IMG/VR virus record: IMGVR_UViG_3300046791_000499
Location: 32,001 to 96,000 of that record
Direction: 5' to 3' (one strand)
Source: a virus
Length of the DNA stretch: 64,000 bases
The position numbers were made by a program, and so were the translations under genes. Below, piece after piece: positions 45,173 through 54,351 of this stretch; position 1 is the stretch's first letter, and the number at the start of each line of letters is the position of its first letter. The notes beneath the pieces were generated by a model. That model had not been told where the DNA came from. It searched no databases and saw only the letters and a program-made list of their open reading frames with translations.

Positions 45173-46216
45173 CTATGGGTCGGTGGCGAGCGTGAACGCG
45201 AGGACATCGGGTCCGTCGAGTGCGCTTTCGTCGAGGGTGAAAACATCGGGTGCAGCTTCGGGCGAGAACACCAGCACCATGCGAACGCCGTGCGGGCGCC
45301 CGCGGTAGAGCACGTCGAAGTAGGTTAGCGCCTCGTTCTCGGTCAGCTCGAAGAAGTAGACGACGTAGGTCAGCGGGTCGGGGCGCTCGAGCAACCACGT
45401 CTGCGCTCCGTTCACCAACCCAGCGGCCAAGGCTTTGGTGACCGATGGCTGGCGGTTCGTGCCCACAGCCCCGTCGATCGGAACGAGCACGTTCTGATAC
45501 CTCTCGTCGCTCCAACCGTCCGGGCGGAGGAAACCGAGGTCGCGCCCGAGAGCGTCGAGATGCACTCCGATCGCAGTCAGGACCGAGCCCACCCGCCAGC
45601 GAACCTCCCACGATGATGCGAGCAGCTCGCCCACCGCTGCCGTGAGCACGGCCTGCCACACCTGGATCTCTGGGTCCTTGACCAGCGGCGGGCGCATGGT
45701 CTGGAACCACCGCGTATTCGGATCCACGGGGTTCTGTGCGTAGATCGGATCGCCGATGATCTCGATCGTCGTGGCCAGCGGAACGGTCGTAGTCGACCCC
45801 CACGGCGACCACAGGATCCGCATGTGGTACGCGGTGATGCCATCCTGTTCGTTCGTTTCCCAGTCCGTGGGCATCGACCAGCGGATCGAAACCACGCCCG
45901 TCTCGGTCAGCGCTGCGGTCGCGTCGACCAGGTTGGGCAGCTTCACCCATGCGCTGCCGTTCCAATACTGGTACGCCAACCCGCTGGTCCCGAGGAACGC
46001 GGTCGAGATGTCGATCTCGATCTCGACGAAGGGGTAGGTCCAGCCGACCACGAAATAGTCGCCGGTGGAAGCATCGACGGCAGCAACCCCGAGTTCGACG
46101 TCACCCACCGCACCGCTCGCCGCCTCGGCCGTGAAGTCGGTCCAGATGTCGCCGTCCTCCTGGAACAGCCGAGCGCTCACTGGGTAGTTGGTGAAGTTGT
46201 CGTAGGCGTCTGTCAT
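45173..46216 (-). CDS. baseplate wedge (DUF2612-like) with N-terminal beta-sandwich domain
   Basis: TAIGVHLDALG..GF.RP..SDERY; N-terminal YQYWNGSAW domain; position after J. Confidence 0.7.
   Translation of the reverse strand: MTDAYDNFTNYPVSARLFQEDGDIWTDFTAEAASGAVGDVELGVAAVDASTGDYFVVGWTYPFVEIEIDISTAFLGTSGLAYQYWNGSAWVKLPNLVDATAALTETGVVSIRWSMPTDWETNEQDGITAYHMRILWSPWGSTTTVPLATTIEIIGDPIYAQNPVDPNTRWFQTMRPPLVKDPEIQVWQAVLTAAVGELLASSWEVRWRVGSVLTAIGVHLDALGRDLGFLRPDGWSDERYQNVLVPIDGAVGTNRQPSVTKALAAGLVNGAQTWLLERPDPLTYVVYFFELTENEALTYFDVLYRGRPHGVRMVLVFSPEAAPDVFTLDESALDGPDVLAFTLATDP
46056..46139. repeat. 84-bp direct repeat, copy 2 (source, inside the baseplate gene)
   Basis: Matches 36449-36532 at 82/84. 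Confidence 0.95.
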
Positions 46217-46218
46217 TC

Positions 46219-47427
46219 CTACGCTCCGGTCACGGTGATATCGGTGAGTTCGTTGTCGATGGCGAACTGCTCACGAACCGCGGCCTCGAGTGTGCCCGTG
46301 TTCACCGGCGGGTCAACGATGTCGACCTCGACCACGATGTTGTCGATGCCGGGGATCCCCGCGTTGTTGTTCACGTAGGCGGCGATCTTGAAGCCGCTGG
46401 TGTTCTCGCCGGGAACGAGCGCCTCAACGTAGGTCACGACGGCTGCCCGGATCGCTGTCTCCCGAGCCGCAATGGCCTCGACGCTCATGTCGCCCGGATA
46501 GCCCTCGCCCTTGGTGATCGTGACCTCGATGTAGATCGCCACGAGTTCGGGGCGCGAGAACTTGATCGTGACCTGGCCGCCGACGTAGTCCGCGTCGATG
46601 ATCCCCACAATCGTGTTGCCGACCGTGTTGACGCCCTTCGCACGCGAGGCTTGGATCGCGGCGGCGACCGCATCGTCGTCGCCACCCACGACCAGGACTT
46701 CGACCCAATGCGTGAGGCCCCAGTAGGCGTCAGGGGTGTTGGTCGGGTTCTCGAGCAGCGAAGCCGAGGTCACCCCCGCGACCGCGCGCACGGCCGCGAT
46801 CATGTTGCTGAGCAGCGCGTCTCGCCACCGCTGCCGATACTCGGCGTCGGTCTCGTCGCTGCGGCCTGGGATCGCATCGGCGACGTTGGGCCCGACTGAA
46901 AGCCAGCCCGTGACCGGCGTCAGGATCGTCCAGTCGGACGCCGCGATCGCTGTCTTCGGTCCGGTCTCGAAGTACTCCCATGTCCCGTCGATCGTACCAC
47001 CGCCAGGGATCGTCACCGCGCCGACCAGCGCCCACGCGCCGGTCTCGTCAGCGAGCGCCACGGTCTGGCCAGCCGGCACGTTGACGTTGGGCCCCACCGC
47101 GGCGAACAGCGGCAGCACGACGGTGCTCCCCACGGCTGCCAGCTTCGGACCGATCCTCGGGGTCAGCAGCAGTTCGAGGCTTGAGCCCTCGGCGACGCCG
47201 TTGGTGCCGGGAGCCGCCGAAATGAACTTCGAGTTGTAGTTGCCCGCGCCATCATCCCACGCGTCCTTCATGACGTTAGCGAAGGTGCGCAGGAGGTCCG
47301 CTGCAGGGCCGTTCTCGACGTCGATGTTGGCGCTGGTCTCGGCCTTGTACTTGTTCTGCAGGTCGAGCAGGACCATGTCGTAGGTAGCCGGCAGCCAGCC
47401 GGTTGTCGTGTCATAGCCGAAGGACAT
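46219..47427 (-). CDS. baseplate J-like protein
   Basis: AEGSSLE, I.TPVTGW..V, GRSDETDAEYRQR, V.GGDDDAVAAAI, IKFSRP. Confidence 0.88.
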   Translation of the reverse strand: MSFGYDTTTGWLPATYDMVLLDLQNKYKAETSANIDVENGPAADLLRTFANVMKDAWDDGAGNYNSKFISAAPGTNGVAEGSSLELLLTPRIGPKLAAVGSTVVLPLFAAVGPNVNVPAGQTVALADETGAWALVGAVTIPGGGTIDGTWEYFETGPKTAIAASDWTILTPVTGWLSVGPNVADAIPGRSDETDAEYRQRWRDALLSNMIAAVRAVAGVTSASLLENPTNTPDAYWGLTHWVEVLVVGGDDDAVAAAIQASRAKGVNTVGNTIVGIIDADYVGGQVTIKFSRPELVAIYIEVTITKGEGYPGDMSVEAIAARETAIRAAVVTYVEALVPGENTSGFKIAAYVNNNAGIPGIDNIVVEVDIVDPPVNTGTLEAAVREQFAIDNELTDITVTGA

Positions 47428-47430
47428 GAT

Positions 47431-47802
47431 CTACGTTCCGATCTCGATTGATGTACCAGTGATCGTCCGAAAGGTCACTTTGATCGTGACCCTTGGACCG
47501 TTCGCCGCTTCGTTGTCCACCGTCACGATGGGCCCCGCAACGACCGACTCGACTCGCGGATGAGCCAGTACGACGTCACGCACGAGCGCACCGCGTTCCT
47601 CATCGCTCGTGTTGGGATCCAGGATCCGGTCGTAGTCCAAGCCCTCATCGGTGTTGAACACGTACTTGCCGAACGGCGTGGCCAGTTGCAGGTAGACCTC
47701 GACCCGCGTGGCGTTGTCGTCGTCCGTCGTGTAGGCCAGCGGGCGGACGAGTTCACCAGCGTTGGCGCCGGTCGTGTACATGTCGAGCGTCATGCCGGCC
47801 AT
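47431..47802 (-). CDS. baseplate wedge / sheath initiator (gp25/W-like)
   Basis: GKYVFNTDEGLDY..IL...VRDVVL.HPRV.SV; position before J. Confidence 0.7.
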   Translation of the reverse strand: MAGMTLDMYTTGANAGELVRPLAYTTDDDNATRVEVYLQLATPFGKYVFNTDEGLDYDRILDPNTSDEERGALVRDVVLAHPRVESVVAGPIVTVDNEAANGPRVTIKVTFRTITGTSIEIGT

Positions 47803-48038
47803 GGGTCATCTCCGATATCGGCCAAACACTGTGGTCGGCGATGGTGCGGGTGGCTGAAATACCGGTCCAACGCTGGCTTCGTGAGCGCAACAGGCGGGCC
47901 AAGATTTGGAAGCACCTCGCCGTCGATGCCCATCAAGAGTTCATGTGCGTGCCCCTCGTGCGTGACCCAAGCACACGAAAACCGGCCGGTGGTTCCGCGG
48001 CCAGCCAAATAGGCCATGAGTTGCGCTTCGTCCATCAA
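47790..48038 (-). CDS. orphan hypothetical protein inside the baseplate operon
   Basis: Overlaps both neighbours; no recognisable motif. Confidence 0.4.
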   Translation of the reverse strand: MMDEAQLMAYLAGRGTTGRFSCAWVTHEGHAHELLMGIDGEVLPNLGPPVALTKPALDRYFSHPHHRRPQCLADIGDDPWPA

Positions 48039-49078
48039 AACACTCCCGGAATCGTCTGTAGTTCGTCGAGTTCGAGACGAGTCTCGCCGCCGCTATTCGT
48101 GTCCACCGTGGTCGTAGCGACCTCGATCCGGTAGTTCGCCGTGCGGGTGGGCGTGATCATCGTGACTGCTCGACCGGGCGCGGCGCCGGGCTGAGCCCAT
48201 GTACGGACCGCCATCTTGAACGCATCGACGGCCTCGGGCTCGCCGAAGATGTTGCCCGCTGCTGACGAGAGTTCGATCGGCGGGAAGCCGGTGAGCACGC
48301 TCGTCGAGTCGAGGAACAGCAACTCGCCGTTCTGCACCGACCATCGAAGCTGCAGCGCGTCCATGATCTGCTGGACCTGTGGCCGCGCCGGACCCGAGGC
48401 GTTGTAGCCACCGAGCAGTTTGAGATCGGCGGGCGGCAGGTTCTTGGCGATCATCGCAGCTTGAAGCTGTTGGAGAAGCCGAGCCCGATCCGCGGTCAGC
48501 CCACACGCGGCGATCAGATCCATGATGACGTCGACGACGTTGGTGCCGGGCTTGTAGCTCTTGCCCACGAAGGGCACGACGCCCGCGCCGGCAGATTGGA
48601 TCGCCTCGCCGGCTCCGAGCAGGTGAGCCCCATCCTGTACCTCGATCGTCAGGACTTGGTCCCGGCCATCGGGGGCGTAGCGCATCTTGCTCGACTGCCC
48701 GATGAACCCCACCGACAAGGCCGCGAGCATGTTGGGCGCTTCGCTGTCCGTGAATCCCCACGACAGTTCGACCGAGCCGAGTCCGTAGATCTCGCTGATC
48801 ATTTCGATCGTCGCCCCCGACTTCCCAAGCTCGAACAGTTGCGCTCGCTCGGTCGCAGTCCAGTCGGTTCGCGAGCGCACCACCCCGATGATCAAAGCCG
48901 CGGTGAGAGGCGCGGGGTTGTAGAACTGGATCTGCGCGGTGTTGGGCTCAGATCGCAGCGACCTCGTGACGGTGAAGCGGATGCGCGGCTGGACGCCAAG
49001 CGGGTCGGGGTTCAACGAATCGAAGTACCCCGCGGCGTTCGTGATCCGCAACCGTGCAACGCAGATCGGCGAGCCCAT
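48035..49078 (-). CDS. baseplate hub protein
   Basis: IRFTVTRSL..EPNTAQIQFYN, VELSWGF, WSVQNGEL. Confidence 0.75.
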   Translation of the reverse strand: MGSPICVARLRITNAAGYFDSLNPDPLGVQPRIRFTVTRSLRSEPNTAQIQFYNPAPLTAALIIGVVRSRTDWTATERAQLFELGKSGATIEMISEIYGLGSVELSWGFTDSEAPNMLAALSVGFIGQSSKMRYAPDGRDQVLTIEVQDGAHLLGAGEAIQSAGAGVVPFVGKSYKPGTNVVDVIMDLIAACGLTADRARLLQQLQAAMIAKNLPPADLKLLGGYNASGPARPQVQQIMDALQLRWSVQNGELLFLDSTSVLTGFPPIELSSAAGNIFGEPEAVDAFKMAVRTWAQPGAAPGRAVTMITPTRTANYRIEVATTTVDTNSGGETRLELDELQTIPGVF

Positions 49079-49081
49079 GGG

Positions 49082-49432
49082 TCAAGTCCCCACGTCCGCT
49101 GCGGGGATGTAGACGAGCCGCACGCCAGATTCGCGCTTCAAGTCGTCGCGCCCGGGGTCAAGCTGGTTGCGGGTCGTGTCCCACACGCGGAGCTTTCCCG
49201 CGCCGTTGCCTGGGTACGCGCTGGTGTTGAGCGACTCCAGAACGTCCTCGCCGTGCCGAAGCACGAGACCAGCTCGGAGCAGGACCCGGTCGGCGTCGTA
49301 GATCGAGAGCGTCCAGAACTGCTCACCCTCGACCCAGAAAACCTCGAGCACGTAGAAGCGCCCGTCGAGTCGGGTCCGAACACGCGAACCGCCGCGGTCT
49401 CCGATGGCAAGATTGACGAACTGCTTGGCCAT
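49082..49432 (-). CDS. small baseplate protein
   Basis: RTRLDGRFYVLEVFW...WTLSIYD...GL.L...RLVY. Confidence 0.7.
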   Translation of the reverse strand: MAKQFVNLAIGDRGGSRVRTRLDGRFYVLEVFWVEGEQFWTLSIYDADRVLLRAGLVLRHGEDVLESLNTSAYPGNGAGKLRVWDTTRNQLDPGRDDLKRESGVRLVYIPAADVGT

Positions 49433-49435
49433 GGG

Positions 49436-50023
49436 TCACCCGGGGATCGTCGCGGCGAGGTCGGCGGGTACGGTTTCGGTGCTCTGCTGTCCGGCGTCAA
49501 CGATGCCATCAACGCTGTCCGTGATACCTGGGTCCGTTGCCGAGGGCACGGTCGTGAACGAGGTAGAGAAGCGCGAGACCTCCTTGAGCGTGATCACGCC
49601 GCGCCACGCCTGGACCGTGAAGCCGCCGTTCAATTCGACGGTCTTGCCATCTTCAATGTTGGAGATGACCCACACGCGAGCCCCCGTGGGTGCACGCCAG
49701 AGCTTCTTGCCGTCAAAGAAGGTGACCTCGGTGCCGAGTTCTTGCAGTAGATACAGTTGCTTGAGGATGACGTCGACGTGGCCTGGCGCGGGCTCCCACA
49801 GCCCGACGATCCCCGAGCCCGCGATCGGCTCCGCGTCGCTCAGCACGACCGTGACCTGGATCTGATACGGCACGCGCTGCCGATGGTTGGCGATCGGGGC
49901 TCCGCGCTCGAGCGCCGTGTTCGTCATGTCGAAGTCGCGAGGCGCTCGAATGTCCTCGATCACGTCGATGTGAACGACACCAATGCGTCCAGGGAGCCCG
50001 GTGCTGGCGTAAGCAAACGGCAT
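49436..50023 (-). CDS. Dit-like / tube-initiator baseplate protein
   Basis: DVIED....TNTALERGAPIANH...P, ITLKEV. Confidence 0.7.
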   Translation of the reverse strand: MPFAYASTGLPGRIGVVHIDVIEDIRAPRDFDMTNTALERGAPIANHRQRVPYQIQVTVVLSDAEPIAGSGIVGLWEPAPGHVDVILKQLYLLQELGTEVTFFDGKKLWRAPTGARVWVISNIEDGKTVELNGGFTVQAWRGVITLKEVSRFSTSFTTVPSATDPGITDSVDGIVDAGQQSTETVPADLAATIPG

Positions 50024-50026
50024 GGC

Positions 50027-50815
50027 CTACTCGCCCTTCGCTTTCAGAGTCTCAGGCGAATTCAGACCGATCGCGGTGTTCCATGCGGTCTGCGCTGTGG
50101 TGGCGCCCGTAAAGGCTGGTCCGGCGCCAGCGGCCACGAGAGCGTTGAGCATCGATGTCATCGCCGAACTCAACGCAGCCCAGTTGGTGAGCGACAGCGC
50201 AGCCGGACCGCCTATGGTCACCGATTGCCCCGTGGGAACATCGATCGCAACCGAGCCCGAGGCGCTCAGCGTTATGGTGGCCGAGACCACCCCAGCCTTG
50301 GTGAGCGTCAGGACCCCGTCCGGTCCCACTCGAAGCGCATCCCCGACCGGGCCTTGGAGCACCCAGTCTTCGTCTTCGTCGGTGACCGAGGCCGGTGGTT
50401 GCGGCGTCGGCGGGGTAATTCGGAAGGGCAGCACCACCGCGTCGGAGAGATCATGGTGCCGCTGGTCGAGCGAGTGCGCCTGGCCGACGAGTTTGGTCTG
50501 CCTCCATCGCTCGGAGTTGCGATCCGAGCAGACGGCGAGGCACTCGTCGCCGGCCGTCATCGGCCAACGCATGGAGAATCCTCCACCGCCTGGGAAGGCG
50601 ACTGGGGCGCTCGGAGCCTGTCCATCGCCTTTCTCTTCGCCGCCGCGCCGCGAGCCGATGCCAGCATCAAAGTCGACGTCCATCTCGCCGAGGGCCTGTC
50701 GCGCGATCGCTGCGATCTTGCCGAGCACGACGGTCCGCGCGTTGCGGATCTTCTCGTCGATGACGACGGCGATCGCCTCGATCAGCACGCCCGCGTCACC
50801 AGTCTTGGCCGTCAT
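50027..50815 (-). CDS. baseplate spike (Gp138 N-terminal-like)
   Basis: PVAFPGGGGF..WP..GDECL.V.SDR..E.W, HDLSDAV. Confidence 0.8.
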   Translation of the reverse strand: MTAKTGDAGVLIEAIAVVIDEKIRNARTVVLGKIAAIARQALGEMDVDFDAGIGSRRGGEEKGDGQAPSAPVAFPGGGGFSMRWPMTAGDECLAVCSDRNSERWRQTKLVGQAHSLDQRHHDLSDAVVLPFRITPPTPQPPASVTDEDEDWVLQGPVGDALRVGPDGVLTLTKAGVVSATITLSASGSVAIDVPTGQSVTIGGPAALSLTNWAALSSAMTSMLNALVAAGAGPAFTGATTAQTAWNTAIGLNSPETLKAKGE

Positions 50816-53616
50816 TGGACCCCCGGGATCGTCCGCCCACCGCCGTGCGCAGCGAGCAGCCTCTTGCCCTGCAGCTCGAACATCGCAGCCACGAGCGCGG
50901 GCAAGTCTTCCAACTTGGCGAGCATCGCGTCCCGAGCCTGATTCGCGGCATCCTGCATCGCATCGTTCTCCTCGACCGAACCCGCACCGTGGATGGTGAT
51001 CGTGAGGTTCTCGATCAGTTTGATGATCGGGGCGATTGTGATCAAGAGCGTTTGCGGTGGCGGCCTGCCTTCGAGCACCGAGCCTGGACCGCGAAGCCCG
51101 AGCATGTCGAGGATGTTCTTGGACGCCCCGTCGAAGATCCGGCCGGCCTGGCGAAAGCGCTCCTCGAGTTCCTTGGCCCGCGTGCGACCGGCCTCGCGTG
51201 CGAGCGCGACGGCTTGATCTGGATCGGTGCCGCCAGCGATCAGGCGTTCGAGTTCACGCTGAGCGAACTCCTCGGCCTGTTTCTCGGCCGCCTTTTTCAC
51301 GTCCTCCTCGAATTGGAAGAACGTGTCGCCCTTCCCCTTCTTTCCCTTCTTCCCCTTGGCTGCGCCCTTGACCTTGCCGATCTGGCCAACGGCTGCCTCG
51401 GCCGCGGCGTCGGCTGAACCAGTCGAGGCAAAGGTGGCGGTCGCGGTCTCGAACGCTTTCTGGCGCGTCGCTCGATTGCCCTCCAACACGGCCGCTCGCG
51501 CAGCTCGGCCAGCAGCGTCAGCATCCCCGCCGCGCTTTTTGGCCTCGGCTCGGGCTGTCTTCTCAGCTGAGTCCGCTCGGACCCGCTCCGCCTTCGCCAC
51601 AGCGTCGTATACCTGGCGGCCCTCGGCGGTGAACAACTTGGAGGCTCCCTGCTCGGCCTGCTCGGCTGTGCCCTTCGAGAGCTGATTGAGCCGGAAATTG
51701 GCCTCATTCACGTCAGTCTCGGCGAGAAGACCCGCGCCCAGCCCTCCAACCGCACCCTGCACACGAGCCTTTGTCGCCTTCTCGCGTTCCTGTTTCTGCT
51801 TGTCGTACGCCTGGTTGCGCTCAAACCTCGCTCGCTCCATCGCGTCGATGTTGGCGTTGGTCTGCCGGATCGATGCTTCGAGCGCCTTGATCTCCCGCTC
51901 GCTCTCCGAGATCGAATCGTTCAAACCCGTGATGTCGGCTACGGCACTTGCGGCCATGTTGCCGAGCGCGAGACCAACAGCACCAGCCGCCACGACCAGG
52001 CCAGCCGGCCCCATCATCGCCGTGGACATGCCGACGATCAGGAGCGTGGCGTTGATGAGAGCGTTCTCCATCCCGCCCGAGATCTCGATGAAGCTCTGGA
52101 TCGCATCGATGATCATGCCGACCGCCTCGGCCCCACCAACCACCGCATCGTAGAAGGCGTCTAGCGCCCCGCCGACATCCTCTGGCGAGACCGATCCGAT
52201 GAACTCGCGGACCGCTTCGATGGCCGTGACGAGTGCATCCGACAGCACTTGCGCAAAGCCGCCGCTCTCGGAGAACCGGCCATTCAGATCTGTGATCAGG
52301 CCCTTGAAGGCATCGAGCGCGCCGGCCTGTGAGACCTGGTCGAAGAACTGCGCGATGCCGTCCTTCAAGTTCGAGATCATGCCGGCAGCGGTCTCGGTTT
52401 GGTTCGCCATCGAGCCGGCGAACTCGGTCTCGCCAAGGCCCTTCAAATAGGCGCTGATCTCGTCAGAGCTTTTGCCGACCGTGGTGGTCAGGCCCTTGAA
52501 CGTGAAGGCGACCTTGTCTCCTTGGGTCGACGCCTTGATCCCGAATTCTTTGAGCCGCTCGAACTCGCCGGTACTGGCGTCGGCGACAGCCTCGACGAAC
52601 TCGATGATCGGCTTGCCCTGCGCCGCGGCGATGTTACCGAACGCGGTGAGCGATTCGGTCGACGCATCCAGGCCGATGTTTTTGAGCCGGATATAGGCGG
52701 TGGTGACCTCCTCAAGCTCGAATGGTGTGGTCTTGGCGAACTGCTGGATCAGACCGAACGCCGCGCTCGCACCCTCGGCCGAGCCCTCGACGGTCTTGAG
52801 TCGCGACCGGAGCGACTCGAAGTTGACTCCGGTCGAGAGCACGGCGGTGCCCAGGGCCGCGACCCCGATCGCACCAATGGAGGCGACGCGACCAACCGTT
52901 GCCGCGATCCCGCCGATGTCGCTCGCGGTGCTGCGCAGGATCTCTCGGCGACGATCCCGAGTCGATGCCTCATCGTTCAGATCGTCGAGCCGACGACGCT
53001 TGCGGTCCAGGAACAGCCGCGCGTCATCGTCGATCATCTTGTGATGCGACCGCTGACGATCCGAGGCGACCTGTTCGGAGTGCTTCCGGTTGTCCTCCGT
53101 TGCCCGCTCTCGGCTGACCCGTAGCTTGTCGAGCGCTCGCCCTTCCGAGGCCGCGATCCTCTGCGACGCTTTCTCCTCTGCCGCCGCCGCTCGCTCGGAT
53201 GCTCGGATGCGTGCGGCGATCTGCTTGTCCGACGCTGCGATAATCCGCTCGGACGCGCGCTCGTGGGCGGCGGCCTGCTTCGCGGCGAGAGAGTCCTCCT
53301 TGTCGGCGGCCTTCTCAGCGCTCGAGACCGCTTTCAAGAAGTCGGTCTCAGCCCGAACCGCAGCCTTCGCCCGGGTCGCCGCGGCTTTCTCGGCTGCCTT
53401 CGCAGCGCGCTCGGTCTCCTTGGCGAGCTGCCGTTCGGCGACCGCAGCCTTGGCCGCCGTGCGCTCTGACTCACCGAGTGAGCGGTCGAGATCGTCGGTT
53501 GCTCCGGCCGCTCGCTTCGATGTCCTGCTGAGCTTCTCCGCGTCGGCGTCGGCCTCCTTGAAGCCCTCGCCGTTGTACTTGGTGACGATGGAGATGATGA
53601 AGCGGCGCAGTTCCAT
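50812..53616 (-). CDS. tape measure protein
   Basis: 934 aa, Ala-rich helical; tape_meas_nterm-like FAKTTPFEL.EV..AY..L...G, EAVADA.TGEFERLKEFGIKA. Confidence 0.92.
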   Translation of the reverse strand: MELRRFIISIVTKYNGEGFKEADADAEKLSRTSKRAAGATDDLDRSLGESERTAAKAAVAERQLAKETERAAKAAEKAAATRAKAAVRAETDFLKAVSSAEKAADKEDSLAAKQAAAHERASERIIAASDKQIAARIRASERAAAAEEKASQRIAASEGRALDKLRVSRERATEDNRKHSEQVASDRQRSHHKMIDDDARLFLDRKRRRLDDLNDEASTRDRRREILRSTASDIGGIAATVGRVASIGAIGVAALGTAVLSTGVNFESLRSRLKTVEGSAEGASAAFGLIQQFAKTTPFELEEVTTAYIRLKNIGLDASTESLTAFGNIAAAQGKPIIEFVEAVADASTGEFERLKEFGIKASTQGDKVAFTFKGLTTTVGKSSDEISAYLKGLGETEFAGSMANQTETAAGMISNLKDGIAQFFDQVSQAGALDAFKGLITDLNGRFSESGGFAQVLSDALVTAIEAVREFIGSVSPEDVGGALDAFYDAVVGGAEAVGMIIDAIQSFIEISGGMENALINATLLIVGMSTAMMGPAGLVVAAGAVGLALGNMAASAVADITGLNDSISESEREIKALEASIRQTNANIDAMERARFERNQAYDKQKQEREKATKARVQGAVGGLGAGLLAETDVNEANFRLNQLSKGTAEQAEQGASKLFTAEGRQVYDAVAKAERVRADSAEKTARAEAKKRGGDADAAGRAARAAVLEGNRATRQKAFETATATFASTGSADAAAEAAVGQIGKVKGAAKGKKGKKGKGDTFFQFEEDVKKAAEKQAEEFAQRELERLIAGGTDPDQAVALAREAGRTRAKELEERFRQAGRIFDGASKNILDMLGLRGPGSVLEGRPPPQTLLITIAPIIKLIENLTITIHGAGSVEENDAMQDAANQARDAMLAKLEDLPALVAAMFELQGKRLLAAHGGGRTIPGVQ

Positions 53617-53628
53617 GGCTCGTCTCCA

Positions 53629-54351
53629 TCACTTCTTCGCCGTCGACGTTGCATCCATCGCCCGGCGCTCGACCTCGGCAGCGTGAGCCGCGATATCGAC
53701 CTGGTCCATGAGCGCGACCGGGGTCCAGTCGGTGAGCACTTCATGGCTGCTGGCGACGTAGCCCATCTTGGCGAGGTTGGCCGCCCACTGCACCGCGGTC
53801 GCTACCCCGGGAACCGGCACGCCGTAGTCTTTGGACTTGGGGCTGCGCAGCGAGTACGGCTTGCGGATCCACAGCGGTTGGAAGGTCTGCTCGATCTGAA
53901 ACGCCAAGACCTGCCAGCGGCCGAACGGGCCAAGCCCTGCCTGCGCCCACGTCGTCCAATCCTCGACCAGCACGTCGTCGACCTTGAGCCGGTCAAACAC
54001 CATGCGCTCGAACACCTGCGCAAGCCAACGGCCTTCCAGGTTCGCACTCACGGCGCAGGCGGTCAGCATTTCGACCGTGCGGCGGACACCATCGGCTGCG
54101 ATGTCGAGCCCTTGCTCGCGGTCGCGAACGGCGTCACCGATCGTGCCCGTGAACCCGTGGTCGGCCAGCACACCGCTCCACAGCGAGCCGACGACGTTGC
54201 CTCGGGCAGCGAGCAGCATGACGAGCGGCTCACCGAACCGATCGATCAACTCGGGCTCGAGTTCAAACGCGGTGATCGGGTCGAGAACCTGTAGCCGGCA
54301 GCGTCGGCCGGTCACAGTGAGACGGCCCCACGGCTGCCGGTAGTAGGTCAC
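53629..54351 (-). CDS. tail assembly chaperone GT-like (G-paralogous domain plus T-like tail)
   Basis: GTG start overlapping the stop of the upstream chaperone; T-like C-terminus ASSHEVLTDWTPVALMD... Confidence 0.6.
   Translation of the reverse strand: MTYYRQPWGRLTVTGRRCRLQVLDPITAFELEPELIDRFGEPLVMLLAARGNVVGSLWSGVLADHGFTGTIGDAVRDREQGLDIAADGVRRTVEMLTACAVSANLEGRWLAQVFERMVFDRLKVDDVLVEDWTTWAQAGLGPFGRWQVLAFQIEQTFQPLWIRKPYSLRSPKSKDYGVPVPGVATAVQWAANLAKMGYVASSHEVLTDWTPVALMDQVDIAAHAAEVERRAMDATSTAKK

Noticed and set aside
36449-46139. 84-bp repeat pair as a DGR template/variable repeat
   Set aside because: There are only two mismatches, both synonymous and not consistently at adenines of one copy. The target is N-terminal rather than C-terminal, and no reverse transcriptase is present in the window.
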